A DNA stretch of 48,037 nt from Macrostomum lignano (lineage: Eukaryota), in NCBI GenBank assembly GCA_002269645.1, contig NIVC01004378.1, positions 1 through 48,037 of the forward strand, read 5' to 3'. Both the position numbers and the translations under genes were made by a program. The notes below the pieces were generated by a model. That model ran no database searches. It saw only the letters and a list, made by a program, of their open reading frames with translations, and had not been told where the DNA came from. Below, in pieces: positions 1 through 24,300 of the stretch (its first letter is position 1; each line of letters starts with the position of its first letter).

Positions 1-76
1 TGGGTATGGGGCCCTGGAAAGCGTGCGTGTAACTGATAAAAGTTGATCCGGGAAAAGCGGCGTACGAGAGGCACAT

Positions 77-785
77 TGAGGCAGGGGTTGGTTGGGGAAA
101 CAGGCGTACATTGAGGGCAGGGGTTGGTTGGGGAAACAGGCGTACATTGAGGCAGGGGTTGGTTGGGGAAACAGGCGTACATTGAGGGCAGGGGTTGGTT
201 GGGGAAACAGGCGTACATTGAGGCCAGGGTTGGTTGGGAAACAGGCGTACATTGAGGCCAGGGTTGGTTGGGGAAACAGGCGTACATTGAGGCCAGGGGT
301 TGGTTGGGGAAACAGGGCGTACATTGAGGGCAGGGGTTGGTTGGGGAAACAGGCGTACATGAGGGCAGGGGTTGGTTGGGGAAACAGGCGTACATTGAGG
401 GCAGGGGTTGTTGGGGAAACAGGCGTACATTGAGGCCAGGGGTTGGTTGGGGAAACAGGCGTACATTGAGGCCAGGGGTTGGTTGGGGAAACAGGCGTAC
501 ATTGAGGCCAGGGGTTGGTTGGGGAAACAGGCGTACATTGAGGGCAGGGGTTGGTCGGGAAACAGGCGTACATTGAGGAGGGGCAGGGGTTGGTCGGGGA
601 AACAGGCGTACATTGAGGGCAGGGGTTGGTCGGGGAAACAGGCGTACACTGAGGGGCAGGGGTTGGTCGGGGAAACAGGCGTACATTGAGGGGCAGGGGT
701 TGGTCGGGGAAACAGGCGTACACTGAGGGGCAGGGGTTGGTCGGGAAACAGGCGTACATTGAGGGGCAAGGGTTGGTCGGGGAAA
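77..785. repeat. G-rich minisatellite, 35-37 bp unit
   Basis: Unit GAGGCAGGGGTTGGTTGGGGAAACAGGCGTACATT, about 20 copies. Confidence 0.95.
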
Positions 786-1524
786 CACGCTTTGAAGAGT
801 AAGGGCTCCGGGTTGATCAGAGTTTTAACATTTAACAGTGAGAAAACTTCATATTAAAACGTACAGAAAGGATGACATATTAACAAAAAGACGATTAGCT
901 AACGATTGAAACAATGTTATTAACGAAGTACAGGTAATAAACCGATGCAATATTGCAATATAAAAAACAGCGTCATTGCACTTGCTATTTTTACAAGTTA
1001 TTCAAACAATGTAAGCATAAAAAACGGAATGTTTTAATAGCAAATAGTATTTTGCACACTATCGCATCTAAATTCAGTGTACTAAAAATGATTTCACATC
1101 TAAGACTAAAGATTTAATAAATCGTTAAGCTTAAGCCATATCACACAAATATCAAATAACAACAGCTGATAGAACAAGGAATGTTGGGTATTGACAAAAG
1201 TAAAAGAAAGCAAAAAGCCGGCTAAGTAAACAATAAATATTCTCACTATAAGTTCAGATGTTTAAAAACATTAAAAAGGCACAATGCAGCCAAATAAATA
1301 AAATATCAATTAGGACCATACCGATTTAGATGGAATCATCACAAAGTTTTCTGTCTGTATGTAAATAGACTCTGTAGTTAAAAACTTTGTTAAATTGCAC
1401 AGTGCAGACGAGAGAGCGCTGTTTCGTATTGCAAGAAAAATGATAGGATAAAAGTATAAAGCAAAAAAGATAAAATGGTCGAAAAACTTGTACAATTTAA
1501 CGATCTAGGAGGAAGGGCTTATTA

Positions 1525-1800
1525 AGAGAGCGGGAGTACACTAAGGCAGAGTTGATAAGGGAGCGGCGAGCGGGTGTACATTAAGGCAGAGTTGATAAGG
1601 GAGCGCCGAGCGGGTGTACATTGGGGTAGAGTTGATAAGGGAGCGGCGAGCGGGTGTACATTGGGGTAGAGTTGATAAGGGAGCGGCGAGCGGGTGTACA
1701 TTGGGTAGAGTTGATAAGGGAGCGGCGAGCGGGTGCACATTGGGGCAGAGTTGATAAGGGAGCGGCAAGCGGGTGTACATTGGGGTAGAGTGAATAAGGG
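1525..1800. repeat. Minisatellite, 40 bp unit
   Basis: Unit AGAGTTGATAAGGGAGCGGCGAGCGGGTGTACATTGGGGT, about 7 copies. Confidence 0.9.
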
Positions 1801-2251
1801 AGAGCAGGTGCACAATAAGTCAAGACTGAAGACTGCACTACGGTGACTTTCAATGTAATTAAAAAATGAAAAAGACAATATCACTTAGTCCTTTCTACGT
1901 CGTAGTTGCACAATCAGTTGAATCATCACATGTTTGCAAAACATTATGTAAAATGGCAATACTTGCGAAAAAATTTGTTGATCGTATGCGACTTTTAATA
2001 ATATTGCATATTACACACAGCGAATTGCGTAAAAATGAATAGAATAAAATCTTAACAGGAAAAGAGTGGCGATAAACTTATTAAACAGATTTTCCAGCGC
2101 CAACTAAAATATTGCAAAACAATAATATTTATACAACAAAACGCGACATAAAGTATAATTTAGTGGACTGGATTTCCGTCACTTGTTTGCACGCTAAAAA
2201 AAAAAGTAGGAGAAAAATAATCGGAATATGTTGCAGTTTCAAGGCGACATC

Positions 2252-16073
<13,822 letters not shown>

Positions 16074-18029
16074 GATTGAGTTATAGTGATGTCTGAAATT
16101 GTAATATTTTTTACATTGAGTTTTTTTACAAATATATTTACCAAAAAAACTGCTTGCAGTGCTTGGCACTGCTTTGGCACTGTATCAGAAGTAGGCTTAA
16201 TGTACTAAAGATCCAAGCTCAATATCGAAAAAGAGAGCTGCATTTTAAGAAATGCTAACTTACTTTAGAATATTTTAAGATTTTAATAATTTGCCTTTTA
16301 TTTTTAACCCTTTCTCAAAAAAACAAATAATTACTAGCAGTGCTCATAAAAAATTAAAGCCACAATGCAGCAACTAATATCAGTAGCTTTAGGCTGCAAT
16401 CAAAAACAAATTGTAAAAGGGTGTATTGGCTTTTAATAATTTAATATAAAAATACATTCAAGTCATTATATAATATTTAAAATAGATTGTAACTTTAAAT
16501 TGTGGATTTATCAAGTGTGTTTCAATATTTTAGTATTATATTGCTTAGATATTATAGTTACTTGCCAATTACTATCTTTTGAATCAATATTTTCTGAATT
16601 ACCAGAGACTAGAATAAATTGAATTTCTTGCGCATAGCCTAAAAACAATTAAAATTGAAGAAAAAAGCTAAAAATATACACAGGAAATTCTATGGTATTC
16701 TATAACTAACCAGAAATTTCAGCACTAACTAAGATTATATTGAGTAACTTTAAATATTTCATATAGATAATTACTGATGATTACACAAAAAATTAATTAA
16801 TGCTTCAGCATATATAAACCTAAACAAACTTAAAATGATTTATTCACCATCAAAATGTATCGGAACTTATATCATTCAATTCTAGAACAGATTATACCCA
16901 ATTCGTATAATATAGCATTAATTGGTATGTAGAAATGAGCATTAGATACAATAATAACTATATGATTGATTCAATTTCTAACTTAGAATTAGTAGTACAA
17001 AAACTAGGAAAAAAGACCCCAGAGGCAAAATAAAAAACGAATTGTCTTTGAGAAATCATACCATAAAAATATAAACTATAAATACAAATTATTTATTTTT
17101 TACAAATTTTTAAAGCTAACGCCCTTTTGCAAAAAGTTGACCAAGCTCGCGGGCCACGAAAATAAAATAGGAAATTGATCTGCTCAAATTTTTAACTGAC
17201 TCATGCCACTAATTAAAAAAATAACGGTAAGAACTTGTCCAATATCTAATATATTTCATGACTAATACGATTCTGTAAGTGTCTTTTGGTTAAAAATTAT
17301 TTACTAATTGTTTTTTGTTGTAACGCTTAAGTCTATTGTAAATAAATTTCTCTGAAGTTTTAATTCTAACAGAAGCCAACATTTTCAATCGCAAATTTTG
17401 ACTTCTATCATCGGCAGTCAATATTACCATACCATACCATACAATATATTTAACATAAATATAGTTAAAAGCATCTAACACGTATTTTTATGCCAAGAAC
17501 TATAAGTGTAAAATAAAGAACTATTATAAAGCATACAAAATGTTACAAAGCAATTGGATAAAAATATAGTTTTGAGCTTTGTCTGCAGTTTTGTTCTTAC
17601 ATGAGTAGGTTGAGTGAACAGACTATTTTGATTAGTTTTATTATTATAGAGTGAATTTCTTGCAAGCTTAATTCGCTTTCTCCAGGATTGTGCGCTAATT
17701 TAGTTTATCATCTAATCCATGGTATCTATTTGCTTGTAAGCTAGACCTTCTACTGGCTATGTAAATGAAAGTATTCAAAAACATTGTAAGAAATTTTGTG
17801 TAATGTAAGGATATTGATATTACTGAATAATACTGAACACTAGCATACTTCCATTGATATAACCTTGAATTGTCTAGAAATCTAAATATCTAACACATTT
17901 CAACATTCTTTAAAATGATATAATGAAATTTCTAATTCGTATTCGAAGAACAATTTAGGTACTTTTAATAGTTGACTGAAATTTCGAACCTTAAAAAGCA
18001 TAGTGAAAAAAGTCCAGAAATAATTTAAT

Positions 18030-18150
18030 TTAATTTTTTGCCTTTACGGTTTTTGAAGCATTCGATCGCTCTATTGTCTGACAAGTTAATTTTTTGCCTT
18101 TACGGTTTTTGAGGCATTCGATCGCTCTCTTGTCTGACAAGTTAATTTTT
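18030..18150. repeat. 56-bp direct duplication upstream of the NEK gene
   Basis: AATTTTTTGCCTTTACGGTTTTTGA.GCATTCGATCGCTCT.TTGTCTGACAAGTT occurs twice. Confidence 0.85.
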
Positions 18151-18390
18151 TGTAGTCTTTAGGCAACTATTTAGTGTAGTGGACAGCTATTGTCAGAGCA
18201 GTTAGCTAAATATATATGGCTGAATTACTAACCGTATGTACCCTATGTACTAAGCAGATAGTACATTTTAATAACCAGCTTATAAGTTTATCGAACTTGA
18301 AAAATTGTAGTTCCTCAGCCAGCAGTGCGCACAAGTTAATTGCGCTGGCACGTGACCAGCCCGTGTCCTCCAACAGAAGCTCCGTCAAGC

Positions 18391-21300
18391 ATGGACACGC
18401 CGCTTCGCTCGGTGATTGTCATCACTGAGAAATTCCGCGCTATATCCTCGGTTGAGCACGCTGTACTCAACAATACGCAGATTGTTGTGGCGCCGCACGA
18501 CCGCGGCCTTCAGGGCCTCACAAATGCGATTTCAGCTGCGCTGAAAGGCCGCAAAGCTAACAATATCGCTTTCATATTCAACAGTACATTGAACTCGGTG
18601 CAGATCTGCCTCGAGGAGGACCAGCGGCTCTGCCTGTTCAACTTGGAGAGCGTGAAAACTTGTTTCGAGTTGCGCAACTTTTTCCTATACGTTTCGTCGG
18701 CCTTTCTCACCCAGGAGCTCGGCAGCAAGAGGGTGGACTTTCTGGCCTGCAGCAATGCGGGCACCCAGGAGGCTCAGGTGAGAGGATAAACAGCTGACAG
18801 GTTGAAATCGTCTTTCTCGAATCGAACTTTCATATGCTCTAAACTTACAACGCGTGTGAGAGATTCAATTTAGACTACTGAGAAAAGTAGAAAAATAAAG
18901 ATTTAAATCGTAAAATCTCTCACACAGCCCGAAAAATGTCGACATAAAATTTCGTCTATGGCATGCTTAGCTTAGGTTAGCTTAGTAACTCCATCTATCA
19001 TCCGGCTCACCACTCCGACTCCCCATCCGCTTTCTCATTAGGCGCTGCTGCAGGAGCTCCGCTCCCTCCTGGGCTCCGATATTGAGGTGTCACTGTCGCG
19101 CGAGCTCTGGGGCCTGGACGTAATCATTCAGCGTAACATTGACGAACGCGGTCGCAACTACCGAGTTGGCGACGTCTATTACAAGCCGGACAAGCTGCGC
19201 ACCCTCACAGCCAGCAGCGGGCAGAGTTTGGCCGGCTTCGAAAAAATTCGCATAGTCGGCAAAGGCGCCTACGGCACGGCGGTGCTTTATAGGAAAAAGG
19301 ACGACGATTCGCTGGTTATTCTAAAGGAGATCAATATGCATGACTTAACGGCGCAGGAGAGACTGCTCTGTCTTAACGAGATCAAGGTAAGCTAAGCTAT
19401 GCTGTATTGTACATTTCCTGGTGAGGAATGGGTGTGCTGGCGCTTTGCCTGGAACTGCTGTACATTGGTGGGGAATGGGCGTGTTGGCGCTTTGCCTGGA
19501 ACTGCTGTACATTAGTGAGGAATGGGTGTGTTGGCGTTTTGCCTAGAACTACTGTACATTGGTGAGGAATGGGTGTGCTGGCGCTTTGCCTGGAACTGCT
19601 GTACATTGGTGAGGAATGGGTGTGCTGGCGCTTTGCCTGGAACTGCTGTACATTGGTGAGGAATGGGTGTGTTGGCGCTTTGCCTAGAACTACTGTACAT
19701 TGGTGAGGAATGGGGTGTTCGTGCTTTGCCTGGAACTACTAATGTAGGGGGTTGGCACTTGGTCTGGACCTGCTGTAGATTCGTTTTTATTGTCTTGGAA
19801 TGGAAATCGAAGCTGTCAATCGCCCAATGCCGTCCATTATTTAAGCTCACAGCACTGCTGGCACAATAAGCATTTTTAACCGCCTCCTCAGGTGCTGTCA
19901 ATGCTGGACCACCCGAACATCATCGGCTATTTTGACAGCTTCGAAGAGGACGGCGTGCTGCTGATCGAGATGGAATATGCGGACGGCGGCACCCTCGCCC
20001 AGTACCTGTCCGACTGTCGCGAGCCGCTAAGCGAAAAGGACGCTCTGTACTATTTTCAGCAGATTGTTTCCGCGATTCACCATTTTCACTCTCACAAGAT
20101 TCTGCATCGTGACCTCAAGACGGCTAATATTTTTCTTACTAAAGACAATATTGTTAAGGTGGGTGCCTGTGGCCTTTTATTAATTATTAGATATCATTTT
20201 CTGGCAAGATCAATCTAGATCCTCAGTTGCTGGACCAGCCTCCCAGAGTGTCAGTTGCTGGGCCAGCCTCCCAGATCCTCAGTTGCTGGGCCAGCCTCCC
20301 AGATCGTCAGTTGCTGGGCCAGCCTCCCAGATCCTCAGTTGCTGGGCCAGCCTCCCAGATCCTCAGTTGCTGGGCCAGCCTCCCAGATCCTCAGTTGCTG
20401 GGCCAGCCTCCCAGATCCTCAGTTGCTGGGCCAGCCTCCCAGATCCTCAGTTGCTGGGCCAGCCTCCCAGATCCTCAGTTGCTGGGCCAGCCTCCCAGAT
20501 CCTCAGTTGCTGGGCCAGCCTCCCAGAGTGTCAGTTGCTAGGCCAGCCTCCCAGATCCTCAGTTGCTGGGCCAGCCTCCCAGAGTGTCAGTTGCTAGGCC
20601 AGCCTCCCAGAGTGTCAGTTGCTAGGCCAGCCTCCCAGATCCTCAGTTGCTGGGCCAGCCTCCCAGATCCTCAGTTGCTGGGCCAGCCTCCAAGATCCTC
20701 AGTTGCTGGACCACCCCTCCTCCCAGCTCCCACCCGACCCAAGCAGCCAGCCAGCCAGATTAAAACTGCTTAAACAGCACCAAACAGAACTGAACGGCAC
20801 TGAACAGGTGGGCGACTTCGGCATCGCCAAGATGATGTCAACCAGCAGGCACGCGGCATCCACCGTGCTTGGCACTCCCTACTATCTGTCGCCGGAGATG
20901 TGCGAAGGCAAAGAGTACAACGAGAAAAGCGACATCTGGGCGCTCGGCTGCGTGCTGTACGAAATCGCCTGCCAGCAGAAGACATTCGAAGGCTCGAATC
21001 TGCCAGCTCTGGTTAACAAGATCATGAAAGGCCAGTTCGCGCCAGTCAAAGGCAACTACAGCCAGGAGTTCAAGGAGCTGGTGGCCAAGATGCTGCTCAA
21101 TAAAGAGCCTGAGAAGCGGCCTACAGCGGCGGACTTGCTGTACAAGCTGCTGCCGCCGCTGATTCGAAGGGTTAATGAGGCGGATTCGTCCACTGACGCT
21201 GACGAAGACGGCACCGCCTCGGCTCGTGGCGGCGGCGGAGGCGGCGGCAGCGGCGGTCAGATGGGATCCGGGAGTGGTAGGGAGACTCTTGAATCAAGTT

Positions 21301-24300
21301 GCATTGGAATCTTCTAATAGAGATTCCCATTTAATCCCGTCATCCCTTGAGAGTCCCCCGATTCCCATAGAAAATCCCTGATTCCCATAGGGCATCCCCT
21401 GATTCGCATAGAGAATCCCCTGATTCCCATAGAGAATCCCCTGATTCCCATAGAGAATCCCCTGATTCCCATAGAGACTCCCCTGATTCCCATAGAGAAT
21501 CCCCTGATTTCCATAGGGCATCCCCTGATTCCCATAGAGAATCCCCTGATTCCCATAGAGAATCCCCTGATTTCCATAGGGCATCCCCTGATTCCCATAG
21601 AGAATCCCCTGATTCCCATAGAGAATCCCCTGATTTCCATAGGGCATCCCCTGATTCGCATAGAGAATCCCCCTGATTCCCATAGAGAATCCCCCTGATT
21701 CCCATGGAGAATCTCCCTTATTAGCATGATTCCCATAGACAATCCCCCTGATTTCCATAGAGAATCCCCTGATTCCCATAGAGAATCCCCTGATTCCCTT
21801 AGAGAATCTCCCTGATTCCCATAGAGAATCTCCCTGATTCCCATAGACAATCTCCCTGATTCCCATAGACAATCTCCCTGATTCCCATAGACAATCTCCC
21901 TGATTCCCATAGAGAATCCCCTGATTCCCATAGAGAATCCCCCTGATTCCCATAGAGAATCCCACTGATTCCCATAGAGAATCTCCCTGATTCCCATAGA
22001 GAATCTCCCTGATTCCCATAGAGAATCTCCCTGATTCCCATAGAGAATCTCCCTGATTCCCATAGAGAATCTCCCTGATTCCCATAGAGAATCCCCTGAT
22101 TCCCATAGAGAATCCCCCTGATTCCCATAGAGAATCCCCTGATTCCCATAGAGAATCCCCCTGATTCCCATAGAGAATCTCCCTGATTCCCATAGAGAAT
22201 CTCCCTGATTCCCATAGAGAATCTCCCTGATTCCCATAGAGAATCCCCTGATTCCCATAGAGAATCCCCTGATTCCCATAGAGAATCCCCTGATTCCCAT
22301 AGAGAATCCCCTGATTCCCATAGAGAATCCCCTGATTCCCATAGAGAATCCCCCTGATTCCCATAGAGAATCTCCCTGATTCATAGAGAATCACCTTGAT
22401 TCCCATAGAGAATCACCTTGATTCCCATAGAGAATCACCTTGATTACTACGGAGAACTCCTGAATCCCACATCAAAGAATCAAACGCGATCCCCACATCC
22501 CGCAAACTCATCCCAGGCTCCCGGCCGGACAAGCGCTCAGTCCTGTACGCCATGAACCTGGCCAACCTGTCGCTGACGCCCTACAATCTGCCATCAAAGC
22601 TGCGCATCCGTTCCGTCTGCTGCAGCGACACCCACGCCATCGCAGTGGGCTCGGAGCGCTCCGTTTACTCCTGGGGCGAGAACGCCAGCGGCCAGTTAGG
22701 CCACGAGGACCTCATCGCCCGGAGCAAGCCGACCCTGGTTGACGCTCTACGCGGCAAAGGCATCAGCCGGGCAACCTGCGGCTTGGCGTTCAGCGTGTTC
22801 ACCTCGGACAATGGCATAGTTATGACCTGCGGAAGCGGCAGCCACGGCTGTCTTGGCCACGGCGACTGGGTCTCCGTGGCCCGGCCGAAGCTCATCGAAT
22901 CTCTGCTGTCTGTCGATGTGGCCGCCATCGCCTGCGGACCGCAGCACGTCGTCGCCGCTAGCAAGGAGGGTCGCGTCTTCGCCTGGGGCCGCGGGGCCGA
23001 CGGGCGGACTGGCCTGCGTGACGAAACTGACCGGTGCGCGCCGACACCGGTGCCGATTCAGGTAACTGGCGAACAGCCGGACGGACACTAGGAAGCTAAG
23101 ATTCTCGGACAGTATGGCACCAGTAGGTCACTAAAATACTCGGACAGAATGACACTAGGTCACTAAGATACTCGGACAGTATGGCATTAGGTCACTAGGA
23201 CACTAGAATACTCGGACAGCATGATACTAGGTCAGTAAGATAGTTTCTGACGCTGAACTTTGCACCAATCCTGCAACAGGAGCCTCAGCGGATTCGCGCA
23301 GTGTACGCCGGCACTGACGGCAGCATGTTTCTGACAGACGCAGGGTCTGTCCTGGCCACAGGCAACAATCGGCACAATCGACTGGGCTTGAATCAACGCC
23401 AGGGCTTTCTAATGACAATGAAGAACATGTTTAACAAATTGGACGTCGATGGTGTCAAAGAACCGACGCCTTTGCGTGCTTTAGCTCGGTACAAAGTGAT
23501 CTACATCAGCATGGGACCCGAGCACACGGCTGTGCTAGTTGAGCCAAATCACGTTGTAACATTTGGGCGCAATAGCGAAGGTAATGCGCGAATATGTTTA
23601 GAAAGTAAAAAAAACAGAGCTCCTCTAACAAATAACCCTTTTTTGCTCGTAAGAGAGCTTTGTTTGTAGGCAATAAAACTTCTTACCCATTGCGGCACAG
23701 CTTCGGTTGTGGGAAATAAAACTCCTCACCAATTGCGGCGCAGCTTCGGTTGTGGGAAATAAAACTCCTTACCCATTGCGGCACAGCTTCGGTTGTGGGC
23801 AATAAAACTCCTTACCCATTGCGGCACAGCTTCGGTTGTGGGCAATAAAACTCCTCACCAATTGCGGCGCAGCTTCGGTTGTGGGAAATAAAACTCCTTA
23901 CCCATTGCGGCACAGCTTCGGTTGTGGGCAATAAAACTCCTTACCCATTGCGGCACAGCTTCGGTTGTGGGCAATAAAACTCCTTACCCATTGCGGCGCA
24001 GCTTCGGTTGTAGGCAATAAAACTTAAACATTGCAGCACAATGTAACGATATATACCGATTTTTTTCGGCAGCAATTGCGTAAGCTGAAGCCGCGTAGCG
24101 GCTGAAGCTTAGTAGAGCAATTGCTGCCGAAAAAAATCGGTACATGTCATTATTGTACCCTTTTGACTTCCCTTGTCTATGGCCCAGACATAGTGCGGAT
24201 GCTGAGTATGAAATGCGATTGTTGCCGGAATGCGCTTTGAAAGGGTTGTAGAGATAATCAATCGTCTATGGCAAATTTAGTTGCTCTCTAAATGAAAGGG

